A stretch of DNA of 32,000 nucleotides from Candidatus Paracaedimonas acanthamoebae. GTDB taxonomy: Bacteria; Pseudomonadota; Alphaproteobacteria; Caedimonadales; Caedimonadaceae. The notes under the pieces are model-generated. The model did not search any database. It was not told the origin of the DNA and saw nothing but the letters and a program-made list of their open reading frames with translations. Location of the stretch: NCBI GenBank assembly GCA_000743035.1, contig CP008936.1, positions 1,050,001-1,082,000 on the forward strand, in the 5' to 3' direction. The first letter of the stretch is position 1. Every line of letters starts with the position of its first letter. Both the position numbers and the translations under genes were made by a program. Below, piece after piece: positions 10,288 through 19,812 of the stretch.

Positions 10288-13200
10288 ATGAACCTAACAG
10301 ACATTTGTATCCGTCGCCCAGTGCTATCAACTGTGATGAGCCTTGTTATCATCCTGTTAGGAATTGTAACTTGGACACGCCTTCAAGTGCGTCAATACCC
10401 TAATGTCGATGAACCTAAAATCAGCGTTATTACCCAGTTTGAAGGTGCCAGCCCAGAAATTATTGAAGCTCAAGTTACAAAACCTTTAGAAGATGCTCTC
10501 TCAGGTATTGAAGGTCTTTATTTGATGACTTCTAGCAGCGAAGTTGAAGAAAGCCGAATTACCCTTGTTTTCGAACTCAATCGCCCTATTGAAGCAGCAG
10601 CAAACGATGTTCGCGATCGTATTAGCCGTATTCGCAATAAGCTTCCTAATGATGTCAGTGATCCTCGCATCAAAAAAGCTGACGCAGACGCATTTCCATT
10701 CATGTACCTCGCGGTGTATAGTGATCGCCATGACACGAAAGATATTGCAGACTATGCGCGACGCTTCTTAGAAAGCCAACTTGAAGTCATTAATGGTGTA
10801 TCGAGCGTTGAAATCTTTGGAGGTGGTGAATATGAAATGCATATTTACCTTGATCCTGTTAAGATGGCCTCATATCAAGTCACAGCTGAAGATGTTGCAC
10901 AAGCTCTTAAAAAGCAGAATATTGAAAAGCCAGCAGGCCGCATTATTACAAAAGATCGAGAGATCACAGTTACGACAAAAGCAGCCCTTTCAACAGAAAA
11001 AGACTTTAATAACTTAATAATTTTTGAACGTGATGGCTATCTCGTTCGTTTGTCAGACATTGGCGAAGCAAAATTAGACGCGATCGACACACGCAGCCGC
11101 GTAAGATTTAATGATAAAAACGCAGTTGCTATCGGCTTGGTTAAGCAATCTATTGCAAACCCACTTGATATTGCTCTTGCTGTAAAAAAACAACTTCCTC
11201 GCTTGAGAGAAGGTCTTCCTAGAGGCATGCAAATGGAAGTTGCAAATGATAAGACAGTCTATATTGAGCGCTCAATCCAAGAAGTTTATCATACCCTGTT
11301 TGAAGCTACTGTCCTTGTGATTCTTGTGATTTTAGCATTTTTGCGCTCTTTCAGGGCTGTGATCATCCCTATTGTGACAATCCCTGTTTCTCTTATCGGT
11401 GCCTTTGCGTTAATGTATTGGCTTGGGTTTACAATTAATACACTCACTCTTCTCGCCCTTGTTCTTGCTATTGGTTTGGTTGTTGATGATGCCATCATTG
11501 TCCTGGAAAATATTTATCGACATATTGAAGACGGAATGCACCCTATAACCGCCGCCTTTAAAGGAGCCAAAGAAATCAGTTTTGCTGTTGTTGCAATGAC
11601 GATTACTCTCGCCGCAGTTTATGCTCCTATTGCTTTATCGACAGGACAAACCGGCCGACTTTTTACCGAATTCGCATTAACATTAGCAGGCTCAGTTTTA
11701 ATTTCAGGTTTCGTAGCTTTAACATTATCTCCTATGATGTGTAGTCGATTATTGAAACACCACAAGGCAGCAAAAATAAATAGTGAAACAAATGTTCTCA
11801 ACAAGTATTGGAACATTTTTGAAGTCAAGAGTGGAAAAGCTCTTGATTATATCGATACTCTTTATGAATCAGCCTTAAAACGAGCACTTACAAAACGTTG
11901 GATTATTTTGGGCACAGGTTTTGTCATTGCAACTCTTGGATACTATCTCTTTAAAGAAATGCCTTCTGAACTTATCCCGAGAGAGGATCAAGGAATTGTC
12001 AATGCACGCGCTATCCCACCTTATGGGGCTAATATTGACTTCACAAATAAGTACATGCTTCAGGTTGATAATATTATGAAGGGCATCCCTGAAATGGAAA
12101 AGAGATTGACCCTTGTTAACGTTCCAGGAGAATCAACTATTTTAGGTGTCTTATCGTCTTGGGAGAAACGGAAACGTCGTAGTCAAGAAATTGTCGAAGG
12201 GTTGCGTGACCCTATGTATGATATTACAGGATTGAGTGTTACACCAAGCGTTGGTGGTAAATCCCTTGTTGGAGGTCTGACTGATACGCCTGTGGAGGTT
12301 GTAATCGAAACCACAAAAACTTATAAAGAACTTGTAGAGATGGCTGACGGTTTTATGAAAACCCTCCATGGTTTAGGAGCTCTTCAGGATATTTATGCAG
12401 ACTATGGCGCGGAAGGACAAGAACTTGTTGTTACTGTTGATCGCGACAAAGCAGCCTCTTTGGGAGTTGATGTATCAACAATTGGAGAAAGTCTAGATAC
12501 ACTTATTAGTGGTCGCTCGCCTAGCAAATTTAAACGAGAAAATAAGCTTTATAATGTTAAAGTATGGCTTGAAGAAGATTATCGTCGAAGCGCCGATGAT
12601 CTTTCGATGGTTTTTTTACGTGGCTCCAAAGATCGAAAAGAAACAATGGTTCCTTTATCAGAAATCGTTGAAATTTCCAAACGTTTAGCCCCAACTGCTA
12701 TTTCGCACTTTTCAGGATTACGATCAGTTACTTTCAGTGCTAAGCTGCGTGATGGCTTTAGCCTTGGAAATACTTTACAACTTATTAAAGAACAAGGATA
12801 TAAGGTCCTTCCCGAAGGAACACGTATAGATTTCGCAGGTGAAAGTCGTAGATATCTTGAAGAAAGCTCAAATATTCTTTTAATTTTTGGGCTTGCTCTT
12901 GTCTTTATATTTTTAGTTCTTTCAGCCCAATATGAAAGTTATATTGACCCTCTTATCATACTTTTTAGTGTGCCATTATCTCTCGCAGGGGGAATTTTTC
13001 TCTTAAAACTCTTTGGACAAACCATTAACCTTTACAGTCAGATCGGATTGATTACTCTCATAGGGCTTATTACCAAGCATGGTATTCTTATTGTCGATTT
13101 TGCTAATAAACTTAAAGCTGATGGTTTAAGTCGTATTGAAGCAGTTGTTGAAGCCTCACGACTTCGTTTACGTCCCATCCTTATGACAACATTTGCAATG

Positions 13201-13392
13201 GTTTTAGGTGCTGTTCCACTTGCCTTCGCCAGTGGTGCAGGTGCTGAAAGCCGTCGACCTATTGGTCTTGTAATTGTTGGAGGAATGACATTAGGAACAC
13301 TCTTTACGTTGTTTGTAGTCCCTGCAATTTACACATTCTTAAGTCGCAATAAGGTAGCCTCAGATTTATCAGAATTTAGTGAAGAGAAATAA
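10288..13392 (+). CDS. efflux RND transporter permease (AcrB/HAE1-type)
   Basis: 1034 aa. Begins MNLTDICIRRPVLSTVMSL and contains the conserved LALVLAIGLVVDDAIIVLENIYRHIE. It has two large periplasmic loops and 12 TM-like segments. It lies 37 nt after the adaptor gene. Confidence 0.95.
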   Translation: MNLTDICIRRPVLSTVMSLVIILLGIVTWTRLQVRQYPNVDEPKISVITQFEGASPEIIEAQVTKPLEDALSGIEGLYLMTSSSEVEESRITLVFELNRPIEAAANDVRDRISRIRNKLPNDVSDPRIKKADADAFPFMYLAVYSDRHDTKDIADYARRFLESQLEVINGVSSVEIFGGGEYEMHIYLDPVKMASYQVTAEDVAQALKKQNIEKPAGRIITKDREITVTTKAALSTEKDFNNLIIFERDGYLVRLSDIGEAKLDAIDTRSRVRFNDKNAVAIGLVKQSIANPLDIALAVKKQLPRLREGLPRGMQMEVANDKTVYIERSIQEVYHTLFEATVLVILVILAFLRSFRAVIIPIVTIPVSLIGAFALMYWLGFTINTLTLLALVLAIGLVVDDAIIVLENIYRHIEDGMHPITAAFKGAKEISFAVVAMTITLAAVYAPIALSTGQTGRLFTEFALTLAGSVLISGFVALTLSPMMCSRLLKHHKAAKINSETNVLNKYWNIFEVKSGKALDYIDTLYESALKRALTKRWIILGTGFVIATLGYYLFKEMPSELIPREDQGIVNARAIPPYGANIDFTNKYMLQVDNIMKGIPEMEKRLTLVNVPGESTILGVLSSWEKRKRRSQEIVEGLRDPMYDITGLSVTPSVGGKSLVGGLTDTPVEVVIETTKTYKELVEMADGFMKTLHGLGALQDIYADYGAEGQELVVTVDRDKAASLGVDVSTIGESLDTLISGRSPSKFKRENKLYNVKVWLEEDYRRSADDLSMVFLRGSKDRKETMVPLSEIVEISKRLAPTAISHFSGLRSVTFSAKLRDGFSLGNTLQLIKEQGYKVLPEGTRIDFAGESRRYLEESSNILLIFGLALVFIFLVLSAQYESYIDPLIILFSVPLSLAGGIFLLKLFGQTINLYSQIGLITLIGLITKHGILIVDFANKLKADGLSRIEAVVEASRLRLRPILMTTFAMVLGAVPLAFASGAGAESRRPIGLVIVGGMTLGTLFTLFVVPAIYTFLSRNKVASDLSEFSEEK

Positions 13393-13456
13393 AATAAATC
13401 TTGTAGAATGGATTCTTACTTAGCGTTAAATCATATACAAAAGTATCCTTTTATCT

Positions 13457-14341
13457 ATGGCAAATCCTAATCCAAATTTTATTTTTGATCTAAGACGTAT
13501 CAAACAGCTCAAAATAAAGGCGGCAAAATCTGTTCAAAAGGATAACTTATATATAGATCTCATTGAAAAAGAGCTTATTACTCGACTTCAATTTGCAAAA
13601 AGAGATTTTAAAAACATCTTTATCTATGGAGAGTTTTCTGACAGTTTTTTACAATTTCTAAAACATAACTATCCAAATATAATATCAATAGTGATTGCTA
13701 ATCTTGTTCCCTTCCTACCTACTTCTCACGCTCATTATTACTCTACCGTCTGTTATGAAGAACAACTTCCATTTCCAACACACACATTCGATCTAGCCAT
13801 ATCCTGTGCTTCTTTCCATCATCTCAACAATATTCCTAAAGCGTTAGAAGAATATAGGCGGATCCTCAAGCCTGATGGATTTTTTCTTTCTAGCTTTGTA
13901 GGAGGTGATACCCTTCAAGAAGCACGAGAAGTACTCTTGCAAGCTGAAATTGCGCTTACGGGAGGTGTAAGTCCTCGTATAATACCAATGGTTGACCTAG
14001 CAACTGCAGCTGAGCTTATGCAACATTCTGGTTTTTCTCTTCCTGTGGTTGATCGAGATTTACTAAAGATTAGTTATGCTTCACTCAACCGTTTGTTTAC
14101 AGATATTAAACAATTGGGAGAGAGCAACTATTTAGCCAAGAGATCTCTAAAAACACCACCAAAAAACTTATTCAAATTAGTGGAACAATTCTACCACCAA
14201 TGTTACTTGGATGAACATCAACGCCTTAAAGCAACCCTTGAATTAATTCACTTATGTGGTTGGAGTCCTGATCAATCTCAGCCTAAGAGCCATGCTAAAG
14301 GATCAGGCCAAGTTTCTTTAGTTAAAATCCTCAGTTCATAG
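13457..14341 (+). CDS. class-I methyltransferase-fold protein, NDUFAF5-like (homologue of a mitochondrial complex I assembly factor)
   Basis: 294 aa. By eye it is collinear with the NDUFAF5 family: IFDLRRIKQLKIKAA near the N-terminus, then FDLAISCASFHHLNNIPKALEEYRRILKPDGFFLSSFVGGDTLQEAREVLLQAEIALTGGVSPRIIP. It also has KQLGESN and the C-terminal CGWSPDQSQPKSHAKGSGQVSL. The expected GxGxG SAM loop reads IFIYGEFSDSF (see findings). Confidence 0.8.
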   Translation: MANPNPNFIFDLRRIKQLKIKAAKSVQKDNLYIDLIEKELITRLQFAKRDFKNIFIYGEFSDSFLQFLKHNYPNIISIVIANLVPFLPTSHAHYYSTVCYEEQLPFPTHTFDLAISCASFHHLNNIPKALEEYRRILKPDGFFLSSFVGGDTLQEAREVLLQAEIALTGGVSPRIIPMVDLATAAELMQHSGFSLPVVDRDLLKISYASLNRLFTDIKQLGESNYLAKRSLKTPPKNLFKLVEQFYHQCYLDEHQRLKATLELIHLCGWSPDQSQPKSHAKGSGQVSLVKILSS

Positions 14342-14401
14342 CAAGTTGTTGCCTTGAACTCATTATGATAGGGTACTTTATGGTTAAAATAAGAGGCTTT
14401 T

Positions 14402-15328
14402 ATGCGGGAAAAACAAGTGACCATTTTTGGAGGGTCAGGGTTTATTGGGCGCAGTCTTGTTCAAAGATTTGCGCGTGAAGGTGCTATTATTCGTGTACCA
14501 GTTCGCAATCCAGACCATGCTTTATTCTTAAAAACAATGGGGCATATTGGCCAAGTTACTCTCCTTAAAATCAACCCATATGCCAAACAAGATATAGAAG
14601 CTTGTTGTGTAGATTCAGAAATTGTGATCAACCTCGTAGGCATCCTTTATGAAAAAGGAAATTCGACCTTCAAAAGAATTCATATTGATTTAGCAGAAAC
14701 TATTGCTAAAAGCGCTGCCAAAGAAGGTGCCAAGCGACTTTTACACATGTCTGCATTAAACACTGATCTTGCCTCAAAATCAGTATACGCAATAACAAAA
14801 ATACAAGGAGAAGAAGCTGTTCTTAAGGCATACCCTCAAGCCACTATCTTTCGACCTAGCTTAGTATTTGGCCCACATGATCACTTCTTTAATCGTTTTT
14901 CAGAAATAAGTCGCTTCTCCCCCGTACTGCCTTTAGTAGGGGAAGGAAAAACACGTCTCCAGCCTGCTTATATCGGGGATGTAGTAGAGGCTATGATAAC
15001 AGCTGCTAATCAACCAGAATCTCAAGGAAAAATATATGAACTTGGGGGAGATAAGATATATGCTTTTAAAGAACTTTTTGAAATCATGCTTAAAATTATT
15101 CAACTTAAGCGCCTATTACTCCCTCTTCCTTATTTTATAGCCAAAAGTATTGGATTTTTTTGTGAGTTTCTGCCAACTCCTCCCTTCACGCGGGATCAAG
15201 TAAAATTATTGAAAAAGGATAATATTCTCAATAACAGTAGCTTAACTTTTCGAGACTTAGGTATTATACCAAGCGCACTTGAATCTATTCTACCTCGATA
15301 TTTGTCTCGTTATAAAATAGAACTTTAA
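14402..15328 (+). CDS. NAD(P)H-binding SDR, complex I NDUFA9-subunit-family protein
   Basis: 308 aa. Has the Rossmann motif TIFGGSGFIGRSLV, and then VINLVG, HMSAL, YAITK (YxxxK) and IFRPSLVFGPHDHFFNRF. The pattern and length match NDUFA9-like atypical SDRs. An AAGAGG SD lies upstream. Confidence 0.85.
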   Translation: MREKQVTIFGGSGFIGRSLVQRFAREGAIIRVPVRNPDHALFLKTMGHIGQVTLLKINPYAKQDIEACCVDSEIVINLVGILYEKGNSTFKRIHIDLAETIAKSAAKEGAKRLLHMSALNTDLASKSVYAITKIQGEEAVLKAYPQATIFRPSLVFGPHDHFFNRFSEISRFSPVLPLVGEGKTRLQPAYIGDVVEAMITAANQPESQGKIYELGGDKIYAFKELFEIMLKIIQLKRLLLPLPYFIAKSIGFFCEFLPTPPFTRDQVKLLKKDNILNNSSLTFRDLGIIPSALESILPRYLSRYKIEL

Positions 15329-16429
15329 TTAGACATTGAATCGAAAATGAAAAACATCTCCATCCTGGATAAAATAATCCCGTCCTTCTTGTCGCATTTT
15401 TCCCGCACTTTTAGCACCTTGTTCTCCATCAAAAGCAACATAGTCTTCATAAGAGACCGTCTCAGCACATATAAAACCTCTTTCAAAATCACTATGAATA
15501 ACGCCTGCACCTTCAGGTGCTTTTGCTCCTTGTCGGACAGTCCACGCCCTAGCTTCTTTAGGTCCAACAGTAAAAAAGGTTAAAAGGTTTAAAAGAGCGT
15601 ACCCTTGTCTTATCACGCGTGCTAATCCAGTTTCTTCAAGACCAAGACTCTCTAGAAAGCTTTGCCTTTCTTCTGGGTGACTTAAAGTTATAATTTCCGC
15701 TTCAATTGCCGCTGAAATAACAACTGCCTGTGCATTTTCTTTGCGTGACATTTCTTCTACTTGCGCTGTATATTTATTGCCAGAAGCAGCCTCATCTTCT
15801 CGCACGTTTGCAACATATAAAACAGGTTTCCCCGTTAAAAGTTGTAATTGTTTAAAAATAACTTTTTCGGCCTCATCGAGCTCAATATAACGCGCAGGAT
15901 TGCCTGCTTCTAAAATAGGTTTAATTTTTTCAAGTAAAGCTAACTGGTTTTGAGAATCTTTATCTCCTACTTTAGCTTTTTTTTGCAATGCGGTTAATCG
16001 ACGTTCTATATTGTCTAAATCTGCAAGCATCAATTCAGTATTGATAATTTCCGCGTCCCTGATGGGATCAACTGATCCTTCCACATGCGTGATATCTGTG
16101 TCTTCAAAACATCTTAAGACATGAATAAGAGCATCAACTTCACGAATATGACCTAAAAATTGGTTTCCCAATCCCTCACCTCGGCTAGCTCCTCTCACAA
16201 GACCAGCAATATCAACGAATTCAAGCTGTGTTGGAATTAGTTTAGAAGATTTTGCAATCTGAGCAAGTTTATCAAGCCTGATATCTGGGACTCCCACACG
16301 CCCAACGTTTGGCTCAATTGTACAAAAAGGATAATTTGCAGCTTCAGCGGTTGCAGTTGCAGTTAAAGCATTAAAAAGGGTAGATTTTCCTACATTAGGA
16401 AGGCCAACAATACCACAGTTAAATCCCAT
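15329..16429 (-). CDS. ychF: redox-regulated ribosome-binding ATPase YchF
   Basis: 366 aa. Begins [23 protein letters not shown] (G1 motif). It has a coiled-coil insert and the C-terminal TGS-like [30 protein letters not shown]. Confidence 0.97.
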   Translation of the reverse strand: MGFNCGIVGLPNVGKSTLFNALTATATAEAANYPFCTIEPNVGRVGVPDIRLDKLAQIAKSSKLIPTQLEFVDIAGLVRGASRGEGLGNQFLGHIREVDALIHVLRCFEDTDITHVEGSVDPIRDAEIINTELMLADLDNIERRLTALQKKAKVGDKDSQNQLALLEKIKPILEAGNPARYIELDEAEKVIFKQLQLLTGKPVLYVANVREDEAASGNKYTAQVEEMSRKENAQAVVISAAIEAEIITLSHPEERQSFLESLGLEETGLARVIRQGYALLNLLTFFTVGPKEARAWTVRQGAKAPEGAGVIHSDFERGFICAETVSYEDYVAFDGEQGAKSAGKMRQEGRDYFIQDGDVFHFRFNV

Positions 16430-16444
16430 CAGTTCTTTCCTATT

Positions 16445-17008
16445 TTATACCAACTCTAAAGACACATTATTCATAAACGCTGACATCTCTTTTTGAAGCA
16501 AAAAAGATAAATTATTCAGAATAGCATCTATTACATTCCTAAGCTGCTTTTCTTCATTTTTTGAAAAATTCCCTAAAACATGCGAGGTGACAGCTTCTCG
16601 ACAACCTGGATGCCCTATACCTATCCGTAATCGCCAGTAATCTTTTCCTATATGTGCATCTAAGCTCTTTAAGCCGTTATGCCCCCCATGTCCACCCCCT
16701 TGTTTCACCTTTAGGCGACCAAATTCTAAGTCTAGTTCATCATGAATAACGACGATATCCTGTAAAGGAATTTTAAAAAATGATACAAATTCTGCAACTG
16801 CAACTCCAGACCTATTCATATAACTCATAGGTTTCAAAAGAGATATTTTTTCCCCCTGGATTAACTTCTCTGAAAACAACCCTTGTCCGTGACGCTTAAA
16901 GCCATTAAAAGAGCAATGGTGGGCTATAGAATCAATAACTTGAAATCCTATGTTATGCCGATTCAACGCATATTCAGGACCAGGATTACCCAAGCCCACC
17001 AAAAGCAT
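16445..17008 (-). CDS. pth: peptidyl-tRNA hydrolase
   Basis: 187 aa. Begins MLLVGLGNPGPEYALNRHNIGF, with catalytic-His context. It also has GGGHGGHNGLKS. Confidence 0.97.
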   Translation of the reverse strand: MLLVGLGNPGPEYALNRHNIGFQVIDSIAHHCSFNGFKRHGQGLFSEKLIQGEKISLLKPMSYMNRSGVAVAEFVSFFKIPLQDIVVIHDELDLEFGRLKVKQGGGHGGHNGLKSLDAHIGKDYWRLRIGIGHPGCREAVTSHVLGNFSKNEEKQLRNVIDAILNNLSFLLQKEMSAFMNNVSLELV

Positions 17009-17026
17009 TTCATTCTTCCTTGAAGA

Positions 17027-17641
17027 TTATGAAGATGCAGAAGATTCTGAGCTTCCAGCAGCTGCTTCAGTTTGAACTGTTGGAGGCACAATTGTTGCTA
17101 ACGTATTATCACGCTCAAGGTGAGTAACAGCAACACCTTCTGGAAGATTAATTGAGGCTGTATGGACACTGGCTCCAATATCTAAACCTTCAAGATCAAC
17201 CGTAATTTGTTCAGGGATGTTGTCCGCTAAACAAGTGACATCAAGCGTATGAAGAACTACATTCAAGACTCCTCCACGCTTAATTCCTGGACATTTATTT
17301 TCATTAATAAAAACAACAGGAATGCTAAGATGGATTTTAGAATCCTTGCTTACCCTCCAAAAATCAATATGTATTGGATTATCTGTTACAGGGTGAAATT
17401 GTACATCACGTACTAAAGCTTTCTCAGTCTTCCCATTAAGATTTAACTCAAAAATTGTGGAATAAAAGCCTGCTTGATGCAATCCTTTTAAAACATCTCT
17501 TGGGTCAACAGCTAAAAGTATATTTTCTCTATCACCTCCATAAAGAATACCGGGGATTTTGTTCTGGTTACGTAGTGCTCTTGAGGCTCCACGACCTGCA
17601 TTACCACGTATTTCAACTCGTAAATTTCCAACCGCAGTCAT
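17027..17641 (-). CDS. rplY: 50S ribosomal protein L25 / general stress protein Ctc
   Basis: 204 aa. Contains RGNAGRGASRALRNQNKIPGILYGG and a two-domain Ctc-length protein with a Ser/Ala-rich tail. The rplY-pth-ychF order is widely conserved. Confidence 0.95.
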   Translation of the reverse strand: MTAVGNLRVEIRGNAGRGASRALRNQNKIPGILYGGDRENILLAVDPRDVLKGLHQAGFYSTIFELNLNGKTEKALVRDVQFHPVTDNPIHIDFWRVSKDSKIHLSIPVVFINENKCPGIKRGGVLNVVLHTLDVTCLADNIPEQITVDLEGLDIGASVHTASINLPEGVAVTHLERDNTLATIVPPTVQTEAAAGSSESSASS

Positions 17642-17647
17642 TTTAAA

Positions 17648-17652
17648 CTCCT
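17648..17652 (-). promoter_or_regulatory. Shine-Dalgarno (AGGAG) of rplY
   Basis: Plus-strand CTCCT is AGGAG on the coding strand, 6 nt upstream of the rplY ATG (17641..17639). Confidence 0.6.
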
Positions 17653-17836
17653 GTTCAGCTTTGGTTTAACAAACTTCTTCATACATGATATTTGGGTGGT
17701 TGATCAATAAGAATTTAGGTTTTGACACTCTCTTTAAAAAGTAAATTTGACTCATCTCTAATGATTTTGATTAAAGGAAAACTATAATGCACTCCTTTTT
17801 TTATAACCCAAATGACCATTTATCTTTCTAAGAAGC

Positions 17837-19795
17837 TCATATATTTTTCTTTTTACCTTCCTTATGGAGAGCTTTTTTATATTCAGGTACCAAGCTTTTT
17901 AAAAGATTTAAACTACTTTGAGTTTCTCGAGCACGTGCTTTTTCCTCAAGTTCCTTTATTTTACTTTGAAGAATTGTATAGGGAACAATTTGAGGAGAGG
18001 CTAACATCAGTCCAGGGCAAGAGGTAGGCATTAACTTTTCAGTTTCATAGAAAAGTTCTTCATACAGTTTTTCACCTGGCCGTAATCCTGTATAATTAAT
18101 TTTAATATCCTTTTCAGGTGTCAATCCTGCTAGTAAAATCATCTGATAAGCAAGATCCTTAATTTTAACTGACTCCCCCATTTCAAGCACAAATATTTGT
18201 CCACTTGATTTTGAACTATCATATCCAAGCGCTGCTGCTTGCAAGACTAGTTCAACGGCTTCACGAACTAACATAAAATAACGACGAATATTTGGATCGG
18301 TCAATGTGATAGGTCCACCACGATTAATTTGACGCTGGAATAAAGGCACCACAGATCCTGTAGATCCTAAGACATTTCCGAACCGGGTTGTAATAAATCT
18401 TGTACCTTCATTAAGGGCATCTAAAGCTTGGCAATAACTTTCGGCAAGGCGCTTTGTAGCTCCCATAACTCCAGTGGGGTTAACCGCCTTATCCGTTGAA
18501 ATAAACACCATGGCCTTAACTTTAAAGGTACGGCAAGCTTCTGCAACATTTCGGGTACCAATCACATTAGTTAAAATTGTTTCATTTGCATTCATCTCAG
18601 CGATTGGAACATGCTTCAATGCAGCAGCATGGAAAACTATTTCAGGTTCTTCTATACTGAAAAGATCTGAAATACGCTTATAATCTGAGACATCCCCTAA
18701 GCAAATTGAACGTGATAAAGGTGCATGTTCCTCTGATAGATTAAGATCAAGCGAATATAATGAATATTCTGAGTGATCAAGTAGACTTAAATGAGCTGGA
18801 CCAAAAGCCGCAATTTGTCTAACAAGTTCACTTCCAATTGTACCTCCTGCCCCTGTTACCATTATTCTCTTACCATGCACAAAATCATGCATGCTTTGAC
18901 GATCTAGAATAACTTCTGGGCGATGCAAAAGATCTTCAATAGAAATCGGCTCTATTTCAATAGAGCGTGAAGATGATATTTTAAAATCTGTTAATTTAGG
19001 AGCCCGCGCTACATCTACTTTTAAACTTTTACTGATTTCTATAATTCTTCTTAAAGGCTCGCCTTTAAAATTGGGATCTGTAATAACTAGATAGTGTGGA
19101 TGATTCCCCTTTGTATTAAGACGAGTAACTACCTTTTTTAAGTTATCCACAGTTCCAATAACTTCTATACCGTGAACTTGCCCACCTAAATGATGATGAT
19201 CATTATCAATAATCCCAACTATTTTATAGAATCTTCTCGCATAACGATTAATATCTTGAATAAAATGACCTGTTTGATCTGAAATCCCAACTAGAAGCAA
19301 TCGAGCTGAAGTATCATCAGATGCTAATAGCTTCCCAGCCTGATAAGAAATATAATCTTGCAAGATGCGATATACAAAACGACCTGCACTTAAAAAACTA
19401 ATGTTAAGTCCCCATATAAGAATGATAACTGAGCGGGGTATAACAATTGTTTGAGACATGATCAACATAGCAGGAATGTAAAGCAAGACTGTATAGGTAA
19501 CAGAGATAACAATGGTCATAATTTCATGTACAGAAACATAGCGCCACATTGCACGATATGTTTTCAACCATAAAAAAATGCTGATTGAAAGAAAACCAAA
19601 AACAAGCATATGTTTAATAATAAAACTTGTAGGGTAATCTGTAATATCGACTCCAACTCGAATCCATAACGCTAAAGGAATCGTCATCAGAGACATCAGA
19701 AAATCATACGAAACCACTATATATTTTCGATCAAAAAAGTTGAAAATATTAGATGCTCTTTTTAAAAATTGAGTTGTTGTTACGCCTGATTTCAT
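17837..19795 (-). CDS. membrane-anchored polysaccharide biosynthesis protein, CapD/WbpM/PglF-type UDP-HexNAc 4,6-dehydratase
   Basis: 652 aa. The N-terminal region has about 4 TM helices. The Rossmann motif is IMVTGAGGTIGSEL. The active-site stretch ISTDKAVNPTGVMGATKRLAE has Met in place of the SDR Tyr, as in the WbpM/PglF subgroup. Confidence 0.9.
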   Translation of the reverse strand: MKSGVTTTQFLKRASNIFNFFDRKYIVVSYDFLMSLMTIPLALWIRVGVDITDYPTSFIIKHMLVFGFLSISIFLWLKTYRAMWRYVSVHEIMTIVISVTYTVLLYIPAMLIMSQTIVIPRSVIILIWGLNISFLSAGRFVYRILQDYISYQAGKLLASDDTSARLLLVGISDQTGHFIQDINRYARRFYKIVGIIDNDHHHLGGQVHGIEVIGTVDNLKKVVTRLNTKGNHPHYLVITDPNFKGEPLRRIIEISKSLKVDVARAPKLTDFKISSSRSIEIEPISIEDLLHRPEVILDRQSMHDFVHGKRIMVTGAGGTIGSELVRQIAAFGPAHLSLLDHSEYSLYSLDLNLSEEHAPLSRSICLGDVSDYKRISDLFSIEEPEIVFHAAALKHVPIAEMNANETILTNVIGTRNVAEACRTFKVKAMVFISTDKAVNPTGVMGATKRLAESYCQALDALNEGTRFITTRFGNVLGSTGSVVPLFQRQINRGGPITLTDPNIRRYFMLVREAVELVLQAAALGYDSSKSSGQIFVLEMGESVKIKDLAYQMILLAGLTPEKDIKINYTGLRPGEKLYEELFYETEKLMPTSCPGLMLASPQIVPYTILQSKIKELEEKARARETQSSLNLLKSLVPEYKKALHKEGKKKNI

Positions 19796-19812
19796 AAATA
19801 ATCCTAAAAATG

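Noticed and set aside
10501-12369. Eight short ORFs (63-78 aa, both strands) inside the RND pump gene
   Set aside because: All are nested within a continuous 1034-aa ORF with unmistakable AcrB-family sequence. They are just above the 60-aa reporting threshold.
15325-15583. 80-aa (-) and 78-aa (+) ORFs at the 3' end of ychF
   Set aside because: They overlap the conserved C-terminal domain of YchF in other frames and have no independent support.
17678-17707. Possible sigma-70-type promoter for rplY on the minus strand (TTGATC, 18 nt, TATGAA)
   Set aside because: Each hexamer matches only 4/6 and the spacer is 18 nt. Such matches are expected by chance in AT-rich DNA, so it is not reported as a feature.
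17722-17788. Plus-strand TTGACA (17722..17727), TTGACT (17747..17752) and TATAAT (17783..17788)
   Set aside because: The spacings to the TATAAT are 55 and 30 nt, so they are not functional. The only downstream plus-strand sequence is antisense to the dehydratase gene.
17812-18027. 71-aa plus-strand ORF overlapping the 3' end of the dehydratase gene
   Set aside because: It is antisense to a supported CDS, and its product is Phe/Leu/Tyr-rich as expected from AT-rich antisense sequence.
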